A stretch of DNA of 64,000 bases from an uncultured Gemmatimonadales bacterium. GTDB lineage: Bacteria; Gemmatimonadota; Gemmatimonadetes; Longimicrobiales; RSA9. Location of the stretch: contig CAWAMW010000002.1 of NCBI GenBank assembly GCA_963783305.1, positions 288,001-352,000 on the forward strand. The letters are read 5' to 3'. The notes beneath the pieces are model-generated. The model had not been told where the DNA came from. It saw only the letters and a program-made list of their open reading frames with translations, and made no database searches. Both the position numbers and the translations under genes were made by a program. Each line of letters begins with the position of its first letter. The stretch's first letter is position 1. Shown here piece after piece: positions 39,658 through 50,713 of the stretch.

Positions 39658-41736
39658 CTACCAGATGTTCACTCTCTGCTCCGGCGCCATCCACATGCCG
39701 TCGCCGGGCTGCAGGTCGAAGGCCTCGTAGAAGGCGGGCATGTGTGCCACGATGCCGTTGGTCCGGTACTCGCTCGGCGAGTGCGGGTCGGTCATGATGC
39801 GGTTGCGCAGCTCTTCCTCGCGGTAGAGGCGGCGCCAGACCTGGGCCCAGCCCATGAAGAAGCGCTGGTCGCCGGTGTACCCATCGATGACCGGCGCCTG
39901 CTGCCCGTTCAGCGACAGCTTGTACGCCTTGTAGGCGACGGCAAGGCCGCTCAGGTCCCCGATGTTCTCGCCCAGCGTCATCTGGCCGTTGAGGTTCAGC
40001 CCCTCCAGCGGCTCGTAAGCGGTGTACTGGTCCACGATCATGCCGGCCCGGGCATCGAACGCCGTGGCGTCCTCGGGGGTCCACCAGTCGCGCAGGTTCC
40101 CGGCGCCATCGGACTTCCGGCCCTGGTCGTCGAAGCCATGACTGATCTCGTGGCCGATCACCGCGCCGATGGCGCCGTAGTTGACGGCGTCATCCGCCTC
40201 CAGGTCGAAGAAGGGCGGCTGGAGGATGGCGGCCGGGAACACGATCTCGTTCCGGACGGGGTTGTAGTACGCGTTGACCATGTAGGGCGGCATGCCCCAC
40301 TCGTTCGGGTCGATGGGCTCGCCGAGCTGTGACACATTGTCGTGGTACTCGAACGCGCGCACGCGACGCAGGTTGTCGAGCAGGTCGCCCTCCTGGATCT
40401 CCAGCCCCGAGTAGTCCTCCCAGACATCGGGGTAGCCGATCTTCGGCGTGAAGTTGGCCAGCTTGTCCTTCGCCTCCGCCTGCGTGGCGGGGCTCATCCA
40501 CTCGAGCTCATCGATCCCCTGGTCGAAGGCCGCGAGCAGGTTCCCCACCAGCTCATCCATGCGGGCCTTGGCCTCGGGCGCGAAGTAGCGCTCGACGTAG
40601 AGGCGGCCGAGCACGTCGCGGAGCGAGCCCCCGACCACGTCCACGCCGCGCTTCCACCGCGGCCGCTGCTCCGTGATGCCGGCCAGCGTCCGCCTGCGGA
40701 AGTCGAAGTGGGCATCGACGAACTCGGAGCTGAGGAGCGGCGCGGCGCCGTCGAGGGTGTGGAAGGTCATGTACGCCTTCCATGTGTCCACGGGCGTCGC
40801 GGCGATGATGTCATCCACCGCCTCGAAGTACGACGGCTGCTGCACGACCACCTGCTCGGCGTCGTCCAGCATGGCGCCGTGCAGGTACGCGGCCAGGTCC
40901 ACCGATCCCATGAGGTCATCGGCCTCGGCCACGGTCATCTTGTTGTACGTGGCGTTGCGGTCGCGGTTCTCCGTCTGCGTCCAGTGCTTGTCGGCGATCG
41001 CGGTCTCGAGGGCCAGGATCGCGTCGGCGGAGGCCTCCGGCCGCGGCTCACCGGCGAGGCGCAGGAGGGTGGCCACGTAGTCGCGGTACGCGCTCCGGAG
41101 CTTCTCGAACTGCTCGCCCTCCCGGAAGTAGTAGTCGCGGTCGGGTAGCCCGAGGCCGCTCTGGCCCAGGTAGGTGATGTGCTGGTCGGACTGCTTCTGG
41201 TCGATGTAGACATAGGCGCCGAACGGGCCGCCGATCCCCAGCGGGGCCGTCTCGCCCCAGAACGCCGGCAGCTGGGCCGTGGACGTGACCTCCGCGATGG
41301 CGTCCAGCTCCGGGCGCACCGCTTCGATCCCCAGCGACTCGATCCGCGCCGTGTCCATGAAGCTGCGGTAGAGCGAGCCGACCTTCTGGGCATCGCTGCC
41401 CTCAGGGGCCTGCAGCGCGGCCACGGACTCCACCACCGCCCGCAGGTTGTGCTCGGCCTCGTCGGCCAGTTGTGCGAACGAGCCGTAGTTCGAGCGGTCC
41501 GCGGGGATCTCCGTGCGCTCCAGCCACTTGCCGTTCACGTAGCGGTAGAAGTCGTCCTGCGGACGCACGCTCTCGTCGATGTTCTCGAGGGCGATCCCGC
41601 TCTCGAGCGCGGGCGCCGTCACGGCCACCGGCTCGGCCTGGGGCGCCGGCGCGGGGGCGTCCGCCGTCCCGGCCGCGCAGCCCGTCAGCGACGCTATGGC
41701 CAGCAGCGAAAGAATTCTGGTCGGGGTACTCGACAT
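39658..41736 (-). CDS. M13 metallopeptidase lipoprotein (PepO/neprilysin family)
   Basis: Lipobox LTGC; VNAYY, HEISH, GENIGD, DPHSP. Confidence 0.93.
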   Translation of the reverse strand: MSSTPTRILSLLAIASLTGCAAGTADAPAPAPQAEPVAVTAPALESGIALENIDESVRPQDDFYRYVNGKWLERTEIPADRSNYGSFAQLADEAEHNLRAVVESVAALQAPEGSDAQKVGSLYRSFMDTARIESLGIEAVRPELDAIAEVTSTAQLPAFWGETAPLGIGGPFGAYVYIDQKQSDQHITYLGQSGLGLPDRDYYFREGEQFEKLRSAYRDYVATLLRLAGEPRPEASADAILALETAIADKHWTQTENRDRNATYNKMTVAEADDLMGSVDLAAYLHGAMLDDAEQVVVQQPSYFEAVDDIIAATPVDTWKAYMTFHTLDGAAPLLSSEFVDAHFDFRRRTLAGITEQRPRWKRGVDVVGGSLRDVLGRLYVERYFAPEAKARMDELVGNLLAAFDQGIDELEWMSPATQAEAKDKLANFTPKIGYPDVWEDYSGLEIQEGDLLDNLRRVRAFEYHDNVSQLGEPIDPNEWGMPPYMVNAYYNPVRNEIVFPAAILQPPFFDLEADDAVNYGAIGAVIGHEISHGFDDQGRKSDGAGNLRDWWTPEDATAFDARAGMIVDQYTAYEPLEGLNLNGQMTLGENIGDLSGLAVAYKAYKLSLNGQQAPVIDGYTGDQRFFMGWAQVWRRLYREEELRNRIMTDPHSPSEYRTNGIVAHMPAFYEAFDLQPGDGMWMAPEQRVNIW

Positions 41737-41895
41737 AGTCTGTATTCCTCAATGGTTCTGACGTGACAATCTCGTCCGGCGACCTCGCTCGGCACGGGGT
41801 CCATACGCCCCAAAGAGACGTCGGGTTCCGGCAGCGGGCAAGTCAGGCTGGATCCGGTCCGGCGTTCCCGCTGCACGGGCCCACCCCCGCCCGCC

Positions 41896-41924
41896 TTGAC
41901 CCGCGCCCGGTGTCGCGGCACTAT
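41896..41924 (+). promoter_or_regulatory. Putative sigma70 promoter of the aroF leader
   Basis: TTGACC (41896-41901), 17 nt spacer, CACTAT (41919-41924); predicted start site about 41931. Confidence 0.5.
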
Positions 41925-41930
41925 CCAGCC

Positions 41931-42008
41931 ATGGACACGCGCCGATATCCCGCCTATACCCGCTATACGACCCGCCCCGCGGGCCGTGACCGGAGGCGTA
42001 TGCGCTGA
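41931..42008 (+). CDS. Putative Tyr-rich attenuator leader peptide (25 aa)
   Basis: [25 protein letters not shown]; three TAT codons; directly precedes the terminator. Confidence 0.7.
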   Translation: MDTRRYPAYTRYTTRPAGRDRRRMR

Positions 42009-42032
42009 GGCGCAGACCGATTCCAGGCGCAC

Positions 42033-42071
42033 GGGCGGCCCGCGGAGCATTTCCGCGGGCCGCCCTTTTTT
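42033..42071 (+). terminator. Attenuator terminator upstream of aroF
   Basis: 14-bp stem GGGCGGCCCGCGGA / TCCGCGGGCCGCCC plus T6, 20 nt before the aroF ATG. Confidence 0.85.
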
Positions 42072-42091
42072 CATCCGGCACCCAGGTACCC

Positions 42092-43161
<1,070 letters not shown>

Positions 43162-43165
<4 letters not shown>

Positions 43166-43431
43166 GCGACCTGGCGGAGCTCCGAGACCGGATCGAGGCG
43201 ATGGACCGCTCCATCATCGAGCAGGTGGCGGCGCGCGTGGAGCTCGCCCGCAGAATCGGTGCACTGAAGCGGGAGCGGGGCGTGGGGGAGCTGGACCCGG
43301 GGCGTGAGGCGGCGGTGATCCGGCAGGCGGTGGAGACTGGGCGGGAGCACGGCCTCCCCGGCGAAGCAGTGAGGGAGCTGTTCTGGAACCTGATGGCGCT
43401 CTGCCGCGGCGCGCAGATGGAGGACCGATGA
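43162..43431 (+). CDS. Chorismate mutase (AroQ type)
   Basis: L.ELR.RI..MD......RV.LARRIG.LK.....D..RE; GTGA overlap. Confidence 0.85.
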
Positions 43432-44267
43432 GGTCTGCGGGGATCATCGGTCTGGGGCTCATTGGCGGATCTGTGGCCCGCGACCTCTCGGCCGCCGGCT
43501 GGCGCGTCCTGGCCGAGGACCGTGACCCCATCCGTTTGGGCGGCGCGCGGACCGCGGGGGTGGTGGCCGGGCCTCTGACGCCGAACTCGCTCGAGAAGCT
43601 CGACCTCCTGGTGCTGGCCACGCCGGTGCGTGCAGCCGTAGAGCGGATCGGCAGGCTGGGCGAGATCCTCGATTCCGGATCGGGCGTCGTGATCACGGAC
43701 GTGGGCAGCACCAAGCGCTCCATCGTCGAAGCTGCGGAAACCACCGGTCTGGCCGGGCGGTTCGTGGGATCGCACCCCATGGCCGGGAGCCATGAAAGTG
43801 GCTGGAGCGCGAGCCGGCGTGGACTCTTCCGTGACAGCCCGGTATGGCTCTGCGCCACCGACGCGAGCGAGCCGCGGGCGGTGGCCGCGGTGGAAGAGCT
43901 GTGGCGGGCCGTGGGCGCCCGCCCGCGCCGGATCGACGCGGCTTCCCACGACCGCCTGCTGGCCCGGACCAGCCACTTGCCGCAGCTGGCCGCCACCGCG
44001 CTGGCCGGGGTCCTGTCGCGGCACGGCCACGCGCCGGCGGCGCTGGGGCAGGGCGGGCGGGGGGCCACGCGCCTCGCGGGGAGCGACCCCGACATGTGGA
44101 CCGACATCGCCCTGGACAACGCGCTCGAGATCTGCCCGGCGCTGGAAGAGCTCGCCCGGGATCTCGCCGACCTCGCCCGCGCCGTGCGGATGGGCGAAGC
44201 CGCGGCCGTTCGAGAGCGGTTGGTGGCCGCACAGGCCTGGCACGACGGAACGGAGCCCGTGCGCTGA
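43428..44267 (+). CDS. tyrA: Prephenate/arogenate dehydrogenase
   Basis: GLGLIGGS, TDVGSTK, HPMAG, HD..LA.TSHLP, TRLAGS...MW. Confidence 0.92.
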   Translation: MRSAGIIGLGLIGGSVARDLSAAGWRVLAEDRDPIRLGGARTAGVVAGPLTPNSLEKLDLLVLATPVRAAVERIGRLGEILDSGSGVVITDVGSTKRSIVEAAETTGLAGRFVGSHPMAGSHESGWSASRRGLFRDSPVWLCATDASEPRAVAAVEELWRAVGARPRRIDAASHDRLLARTSHLPQLAATALAGVLSRHGHAPAALGQGGRGATRLAGSDPDMWTDIALDNALEICPALEELARDLADLARAVRMGEAAAVRERLVAAQAWHDGTEPVR

Positions 44268-44307
44268 CCGAGCGCCCCCCGGTCCCGCCCGGTAGCTACG
44301 TCCGGGC

Positions 44308-44934
44308 TCAGCCCTTGTGCAAAATGCCGCGGATGCGCGGCGCGGTGGGCGGGAACCAGGCATCGTCGCGATAGTGCTCCAGCGGCCCGGTGAACCCGGC
44401 GTCCCGGAGGGCGGCGCCGCTGTCGCGGTCGAGGTGGCAGCCGACGGCGGCGCGGGTCCAGAGCGGGTCCAGCCACCGCTGCCACTTCTCGAGCTGCGAA
44501 TCGGGACGCGCCTTCACGTGCTCGAGCACCAGCAGCCGACCATTGGGCCGGAGCACGCGGTGCGCCTCCCGGGCGGCTGCCGCATAGTCTGGAATCGTGC
44601 ACAGCGTCAGGAACGCGACGACGGTATCGAAGCTGGCGTCGTCGTACGGAAGACGCTCGGCGTCGGCGCGATGGATCCGGATCCGGTACGGTGCGCCCTC
44701 GAGACGCAGCCGGTCCGCTCTGCGCCGCGCCTCCTCCACCATCACCGGGTGCGGATCGATTCCCACCACATCGCTCACCTCCGGCGGATAGAACGCGAGG
44801 TTGGAGCCGGTCCCCACGCCCAGCTCCAGGGTGCGGCCGTGGGCGTGCGCCATCAACGCACCGCGCTGCTCGTCGAAATGACGGGAGACCACGTGGAGGA
44901 GCTTCGGAAAAACGCGTTCGCTGTAGAATGACAT
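44308..44934 (-). CDS. Class I SAM-dependent methyltransferase
   Basis: LELGVGTG, DAERLP.DDASFD, LCT, RVLRP.G, EHV. Confidence 0.88.
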   Translation of the reverse strand: MSFYSERVFPKLLHVVSRHFDEQRGALMAHAHGRTLELGVGTGSNLAFYPPEVSDVVGIDPHPVMVEEARRRADRLRLEGAPYRIRIHRADAERLPYDDASFDTVVAFLTLCTIPDYAAAAREAHRVLRPNGRLLVLEHVKARPDSQLEKWQRWLDPLWTRAAVGCHLDRDSGAALRDAGFTGPLEHYRDDAWFPPTAPRIRGILHKG

Positions 44935-45077
44935 GAGCGACGTTACCTTTGCATGGTCGACGCCACAACCGACGGACCGCTTCCCTCCCCCACGGGAATT
45001 TCCGGGAATTCCCTACAGCGCGAGGCGGCAGACCGCGAGAGCTTGTCCCGTGCACCTTCTCCTCCATGGAGGCTCTC

Positions 45078-45707
45078 ATGCGAAACCGCCCGCGGATGCT
45101 CCGTCGGACCCTCGCGCTGCTGGCCGCACCCGCCGTTATCGTCCTGACCACCACCGCCTGCGACGGGGGCGGGGGTACCGACGACATCAACGGGGCCACT
45201 CGCGCGCGCGTGGCCGCCGCCGGTGACTCGGCGGCCATGACACTGATCCGGACCCTGGGGGGAAAGCTGAACGGCAAGCTCGCCTCGGGCGGCCCGGCAG
45301 CCGCCATCGATTTCTGCGCGGGTGAGGCACAGGCGCTGACCGACAGTGTGGCCCTCACCCTGGGCGAAGGCTGGGCCGTGAAGCGCACCACACTCCGCAC
45401 CCGCAACCCGCGGAACGCCCCCGACTCACTCGAAGCCATCGCGCTGGAGTTCTTCCACGGCGCCGAGGCCGCGGGAACGGAGCCGTCGGACTACGTGCAG
45501 CGGACGCCATCCGGCGACTACCGGTACTACATGCCGCTCCGCTTGGGCCATATGTGCCTCGAGTGCCACGGTCCGCGAGACGAGCTCGACCCGGCGGTGC
45601 GCGAAGTCCTGGACTCCCGCTACCCCGCGGACCAGGCCACCGGCTACAGCGAGGGCGACCTGAGGGGAGTGGTTCGCATCACCATGCCGGCGGCAGCGGT
45701 CCGTTAG
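45078..45707 (+). CDS. DUF3365 (Tll0287-like) c-type heme lipoprotein
   Basis: GGAGG RBS; lipobox TTAC; RNP.NAPD, CLECH, YP.DQA.GY..GDLRG. Confidence 0.8.
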   Translation: MRNRPRMLRRTLALLAAPAVIVLTTTACDGGGGTDDINGATRARVAAAGDSAAMTLIRTLGGKLNGKLASGGPAAAIDFCAGEAQALTDSVALTLGEGWAVKRTTLRTRNPRNAPDSLEAIALEFFHGAEAAGTEPSDYVQRTPSGDYRYYMPLRLGHMCLECHGPRDELDPAVREVLDSRYPADQATGYSEGDLRGVVRITMPAAAVR

Positions 45708-46066
45708 CCGCTACCCCGTCGCTTGCCCCTCCCGCGGCGCTTCGCCGAGAGCGCCACATCGAGCGCGTCATCGATCCACGCCCCCAGGCCGTCGGTCGCC
45801 TCCAGCAGGTCGGGCGGCACCTCGTAATACTGCATGGGCCGCTCGGGGTCACCGAAGGGCAGGAAAGGGCCCATCCCCCGGGCCTCGAAAGCCGGCCGGT
45901 TCAGGTCGCTCACCTTGAAGTAGAGCATATCGTCGGCCATCAGGGCGAAGAAGATCCCATCGGCATAGATGCCCACGCCGCCGAACATGGCCCGGTGGGT
46001 CAGCGTGCGGGTGGTAGCGCGGCTCAGCTGCTCCAGGGCCCAGTCGCGATAGTCTTCGGAGACCAT
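45704..46066 (-). CDS. TfoX/Sxy N-terminal domain protein
   Basis: RAMFGGVGIY..G.FFAL..D.LYFK, M.YY.VP. Confidence 0.85.
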   Translation of the reverse strand: MVSEDYRDWALEQLSRATTRTLTHRAMFGGVGIYADGIFFALMADDMLYFKVSDLNRPAFEARGMGPFLPFGDPERPMQYYEVPPDLLEATDGLGAWIDDALDVALSAKRRGRGKRRGSG

Positions 46067-46119
46067 GATCCTCCTGCAGGCTGGCGGTGCGAGCCGGGGG
46101 AACGAACATTCTCCGTAAT

Positions 46120-47400
46120 ATGACCGAAAAAGAAAACGATCCGGCGCGGCCGCCGCCGAGCGCCCGAGGCGGGCGTCCCGGCCGTGGCACGCGGCCGACG
46201 GACCCGGCTCGCCCCTGCCTCAACTGCGGGGACCCCACGCCCGGCGAGTACTGCCCGACCTGCGGGCAGCGAAAGGTGGACGTGCAGGTGTCGGTACGGG
46301 CCCTCGTCGTGGATGTGCTCGAGGACCAGTTCATCCTCGACAAGCGCCTCCCCCGCACCCTCGCGTACCTCCTGTTCCAGCCGGGGCGACTGACCGTCGA
46401 GTACGTCAACGGTCGGATCGTCCGCTACATCCACCCGTTCCGGCTCTACCTGGTCACGAGCATCATTTTCTTCCTGCTCCTCTCCTTCTTCAGCCTCCAG
46501 GTGGTGCGCCGGGCGGTGGAATCGGGTGGACCGGAGGTGACCATCCAGGGCGCGGACTCGCTGGACATCGCGCTGGAGCAGGTCCGTACCGCCCTCGCCG
46601 ACACCACACTCGACACCGAGAACCGCGTCGAGCTTCGCATCCGGGAGACCGCGCTGAGCGAAAAACGGCGGGAGCTGCGTCTGGACTCGCTGGCGACGGC
46701 CGCCGCGAGGCTCGACTCTGCGCTGGTCACCGTCCGCGAGGTCTCGAGCGACAGCGGGATCCCGGGCGGCGTACGGCAGGCCATGCAGGCCAACCGCGCC
46801 ATACTCGAGCGTCAGCTGGAGGTGGCCACCGCGCAGCGGGAGTCGATGCTGCAGGATACCGCCGGCGCCGCATCGCTGGCGGGACTCGATCAGGACCGTC
46901 CCATCCGGGAGGCGTGGGGGTGGGACGAGCCCACCGTGAAGGTGGGGAACGCGAAGCTCGACACGATCATCAACGGGCAGCTCAACCGTCTCGCCGACAT
47001 GCCGCCGCGGGAGGCGGCGGAGACCGTCGCCGGGACCTTTTTCAATTACGTCCCCACCATGATGTTCATCCTGCTGCCCGTATTCGCCGCGCTGCTGAAG
47101 CTCCTCTACGTCCGGCGACGGCGCTACTACGCCGAGCACTTCGTCTTCCTGCTCCACGTGCATTCCGTGGTCTTCATCCTGGCCACGGTCATCCTGCTGA
47201 CGAACCGGTTCCTGCCCGCCCTGGTAGAGGTGGCGCTGGGCGTCTGGATCCTCGTTTACATCTACCTGGCCATGAAACGCGTGTACGGCCAGGGCTGGCT
47301 AAAGACGCTGGTGAAATACTGGACGCTGGGGTGGATGTACTTCTGGGTCTTCTCCATCAGCATTCCCATCGCCTTCGTGGCCACGCTGTTCCTCTTCTGA
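46120..47400 (+). CDS. DUF3667 zinc-ribbon membrane protein
   Basis: CLNCG..YCPTCGQ, PGRLT.EY..GR..RY..P.RLY, Y.EH.VF.LH. Confidence 0.8.
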   Translation: MTEKENDPARPPPSARGGRPGRGTRPTDPARPCLNCGDPTPGEYCPTCGQRKVDVQVSVRALVVDVLEDQFILDKRLPRTLAYLLFQPGRLTVEYVNGRIVRYIHPFRLYLVTSIIFFLLLSFFSLQVVRRAVESGGPEVTIQGADSLDIALEQVRTALADTTLDTENRVELRIRETALSEKRRELRLDSLATAAARLDSALVTVREVSSDSGIPGGVRQAMQANRAILERQLEVATAQRESMLQDTAGAASLAGLDQDRPIREAWGWDEPTVKVGNAKLDTIINGQLNRLADMPPREAAETVAGTFFNYVPTMMFILLPVFAALLKLLYVRRRRYYAEHFVFLLHVHSVVFILATVILLTNRFLPALVEVALGVWILVYIYLAMKRVYGQGWLKTLVKYWTLGWMYFWVFSISIPIAFVATLFLF

Positions 47401-47403
47401 GAC

Positions 47404-47787
47404 TCACGCGCGCCGGCCGACCACGGCCCCGTGCAGCGACAGCAGCGCCCCGACGAGCAGCACACCCGCCGGGTAGACGACCCACCATTCCTCGAGCACG
47501 TCGCGCTCGCCGACCACACCGGCCGTCGCCAGGTCCCAGACCAGCGTCCAGGCGAGGATCCAGACCAGAAGCGACCTCCAGTTCTCCAGCACCGCCCGCG
47601 GGGCGCCGATCCGCATGGCCGGGAACCAGAACGCCAGCGCCAGCACTACCGCGCTGATCACGAAGCTCACCGGCAGCGCTCCGAGCTGCCCGCGGGACGC
47701 CGCGAAATAGGCGCCCACGATCGCCACGACGAGGATCGACGCCGCCACGCCCCGGCGCCCGCTCAGGGTCTGTTTCGGTCCCGCCAT
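47404..47787 (-). CDS. Hypothetical membrane protein
   Basis: About 4 hydrophobic segments; GGAGG RBS. Confidence 0.6.
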   Translation of the reverse strand: MAGPKQTLSGRRGVAASILVVAIVGAYFAASRGQLGALPVSFVISAVVLALAFWFPAMRIGAPRAVLENWRSLLVWILAWTLVWDLATAGVVGERDVLEEWWVVYPAGVLLVGALLSLHGAVVGRRA

Positions 47788-47867
47788 TTGCGCCTCCGTC
47801 CGATGTTTGTCGCGCGGCACGAACGATGCACTTGATCGCTCCTGTCACCATGCTCCAGGAGCCGGAA

Positions 47868-48344
47868 ATGCGCACCTACGGAACCACCCTCATACTGGCC
47901 TTCGCCGCCCTCACCGCCGCCGCGTGCGACGGCGAGAACCGATTCCGCACCGGGGAGGCGAACATCACGGGGCCGTCCGACGCGCCGGTGTACGAAGCCG
48001 TGGCGCTGGCATTCGATGACAACATCGGCCCCAGGATGGACCTCCTCGACGAGGGCGCGATCTTCGAGCTTCAGCTCGACGAGACCGACATGATCTTCGA
48101 CTCGCGGTTCCGGTTCGGGGACACCGATTTCTCCACCACCGGGACGTTCGGCGTCGATGAAGGCGTGTTCACCTTCAGCGACGATCCGTTCCTCGATGAC
48201 ACCGACATCACCGCGCGGTCCTTCGATTTCGAGGACGGGGGCGATGTGCTCGCGCTGGAAGGCGCGACGGTCGTGCTGGACGCGGACCACGATGGTTTCC
48301 AGGAAGTCGGAACGCTGTACATCCTGCTGAAGCGAAGGGAATAG
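47868..48344 (+). CDS. Acidic beta-rich lipoprotein, unknown function
   Basis: AGGAG RBS; lipobox AAAC; D/E/F-rich. Confidence 0.65.
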   Translation: MRTYGTTLILAFAALTAAACDGENRFRTGEANITGPSDAPVYEAVALAFDDNIGPRMDLLDEGAIFELQLDETDMIFDSRFRFGDTDFSTTGTFGVDEGVFTFSDDPFLDDTDITARSFDFEDGGDVLALEGATVVLDADHDGFQEVGTLYILLKRRE

Positions 48345-48355
48345 CGGCGCGGGCA

Positions 48356-49075
48356 TCAGGGTCGGATCCGCTCGCGGACTGCTCGCCGTGCGCCGGCCAC
48401 CATCCGGAAGAAGTTGAGCATGTGCGCCAGCGGCTTGATGTGGCTGGCCTGCCCTTCATAGATGGTGCGGATCGGCACCCACTCCACGGGCCAGTCTCGC
48501 CTCAGGCACGTCAGTACCATCTCCACCTCGAACTCGAAGCCGCGCTCTCCGCTGTCCAGCATGGCCTCCATCAGCCGCCGGCTCAACAGCCGGTAGCCGG
48601 ACTGGTTGTCGGGGACGTCCGCGCCCACCGCCCGCGAGAGGAACCACCGCCCCGCGATGTTGGCGATGCGCCGGAGCAGTGGCATCTCGCCGAAATCGCG
48701 CGCGCCGATCACGAGGTCCGGGGTTCTGGACCGCCATACCTCGAGGAAGATCGGGATCTCCGCCGGGTCGTGCTGGCCGTCCGCGTCAATCGTGACGACC
48801 GCCGCGAAGCCGACCTCCAGCGCGTGACGGAAGCCGCCCTTCAGCGCGGCGCCCTTCCCCTGGTTCGGCTCCTGCCTCAGCACTTCCGCCCCCGCCGCGC
48901 GGGCGGCGGCGGAGGTGTCGTCGGTGGACCCGTCGTCCACCACGACGACCGGCAGGTGCCGTGACGCGGCGCGCACCACGTCACCCACCAGCGGGCCGGC
49001 CTCGTACGCCGGGATCAGGGCGAGGGCCGCGCCATGGTCGCCGGCATCGGGTCGCCGCGCCCGGTCAGCCGCCAT
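48356..49075 (-). CDS. Glycosyltransferase family 2 (DPM-synthase-like)
   Basis: IPAY, VDDGSTD, NQGKG, DADGQH, D.QSGYR, FEVE. Confidence 0.9.
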   Translation of the reverse strand: MAADRARRPDAGDHGAALALIPAYEAGPLVGDVVRAASRHLPVVVVDDGSTDDTSAAARAAGAEVLRQEPNQGKGAALKGGFRHALEVGFAAVVTIDADGQHDPAEIPIFLEVWRSRTPDLVIGARDFGEMPLLRRIANIAGRWFLSRAVGADVPDNQSGYRLLSRRLMEAMLDSGERGFEFEVEMVLTCLRRDWPVEWVPIRTIYEGQASHIKPLAHMLNFFRMVAGARRAVRERIRP

Positions 49076-49166
49076 CGCCGGCCTCCGCGTACGCCCGCCC
49101 GTTCTGATCGCTGTAGTGGACGGCGAGGATCGCCAGCAGGATGGAGAGGAGCGTCCGGTGCCTCAT
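49065..49166 (-). CDS. 33-aa small ORF or gene remnant
   Basis: GAAAGGGG RBS followed by MRHRTLLSILLAILAVHYSDQNGRAYAEAGDGG*; its stop overlaps the GT2 start. Confidence 0.35.
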   Translation of the reverse strand: MRHRTLLSILLAILAVHYSDQNGRAYAEAGDGG

Positions 49167-49254
49167 GCCCCTTTCGGGGTGCAAGCTCCACGCCGAGGGG
49201 CGGGGTGGAGGGGGCGCCCGGGGGGCGAAAAGACCGCCAGGCCGCGGCGGTCGT

Positions 49255-50496
49255 CTACGAGGCCGCGGCGGTCGTTCGGGGGCCCCAGCGGCGGGCCACG
49301 TAGTCGTGCAGAATCTCCATGAACTCCTCCACCAGGCCGTCGCCCTTCAGCGTGGTGAAGAGCTCACCGTCCACGTAGACGGGCGCCTTGGGCTCCTCGA
49401 ACGTGCCCGGCAGGCTGATGCCAATGTGGGCGTGCTTCGACTCGCCGGGGCCGTTCACGACGCAGCCCATGACCGCCAGCTTCAGCTCCTCCACACCCGG
49501 GTACTTCTCCCGCCACTCGGGCATCTGCTCCCGCGTGTACTCCTGGATGTCCTCCGCCATCTTCTGGAAGAAGGTGCTCGTGGTGCGGCCGCAGCCGGGG
49601 CACGACGTGACCTGCGGCGTGAAGCTGCGGATACCCAGGGACTGGAGCACCTGCTGCGCGACCCGGACCTCCTCGGAGCGGTCGCCGCCGGGGCGCGGTG
49701 TGAGCGAGACGCGGATCGTGTCGCCGATCCCCCGCTGGAGCACGATGCTGAGCCCCGCAGTGGTGGCCACCACCCCCTTCGTGCCCATCCCGGCTTCGGT
49801 GAGACCCAGGTGCAGCGGGTAGTCGCAGCGCTCCGCCAGCCGGGAGTAGACATCCACCAGGTCCTGCACACCGCTGACTTTCGCGCTGATGATGATCCGG
49901 TCGTGCCCCAGACCCGTCTCCTCGGCCAGCTCCGCCGACCGGAGCGCGCTCTCGATCATCGCCTCGATCATGACCTCGCGCGCGTCCGCCGGCTCGGGGA
50001 GACGGGCGTTCGCGTCCATCATCTCCGTCAGCAGCTGCTGGTCCAGGCTGCCCCAGTTCACGCCGATCCGGACGGGCCTGCCGTGCTCCATCGCCACACG
50101 CACGATCGTCTGGAAGTGCGCGTCCCGACGCTTCGCTCCCACGTTCCCCGGATTGATCCGGTACTTCGCAAGGGACCGCGCCATCTCGGGGTACTTCGGC
50201 AGCAGCAGATGCCCGTTGTAGTGGAAGTCCCCGACGATCGGCACGTCGATGCCCACGTCCCGGAGCCGCTCGACGATCCCCGGCACCGCCGCGGCCGCCT
50301 CGTCGTTGTTCACCGTGATCCGCACGATCTCGCTGCCGGCCCCGGCCAGCAGCGCCACCTGCTCCGCCGTGGCCGCCGCGTCCGCCGTGTCGGTGTTCGT
50401 CATCGACTGCACGACGATCGGGTGGGCACTCCCCACCTTCACGCCGCCCACGTCCACCGTGACCGTCTGTCTCCGTAGGATCCCGTTCGTGCTCAT
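49255..50496 (-). CDS. ispG: (E)-4-hydroxy-3-methylbut-2-enyl-diphosphate synthase
   Basis: [54 protein letters not shown]. Confidence 0.96.
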   Translation of the reverse strand: MSTNGILRRQTVTVDVGGVKVGSAHPIVVQSMTNTDTADAAATAEQVALLAGAGSEIVRITVNNDEAAAAVPGIVERLRDVGIDVPIVGDFHYNGHLLLPKYPEMARSLAKYRINPGNVGAKRRDAHFQTIVRVAMEHGRPVRIGVNWGSLDQQLLTEMMDANARLPEPADAREVMIEAMIESALRSAELAEETGLGHDRIIISAKVSGVQDLVDVYSRLAERCDYPLHLGLTEAGMGTKGVVATTAGLSIVLQRGIGDTIRVSLTPRPGGDRSEEVRVAQQVLQSLGIRSFTPQVTSCPGCGRTTSTFFQKMAEDIQEYTREQMPEWREKYPGVEELKLAVMGCVVNGPGESKHAHIGISLPGTFEEPKAPVYVDGELFTTLKGDGLVEEFMEILHDYVARRWGPRTTAAAS

Positions 50497-50713
50497 CTCT
50501 TCCATCGCTGTTCCGGTGCGGGCGCAAGCTAACCATGCCGGCGTGGCGTTGTACACCGGTGGACCCGGAGGGTTTGACGGGGGCGGGTTGTGTGCCTCTG
50601 TGTGGAAACGATGGGGCTGCCCCGCACTCCTCAACCATCCACCGCCCCTTTCCCCCGCCGCTCCGGTCCCGCATGATACCCGGCGGACGGACCCTCAACG
50701 GATCGGCCGTGAC

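Noticed and set aside
42033..42071. T-box or metabolite riboswitch upstream of aroF
   Set aside because: The leader is short and lacks the T-box UGGNACC motif and recognisable aptamer motifs. A uORF attenuator explains it better.
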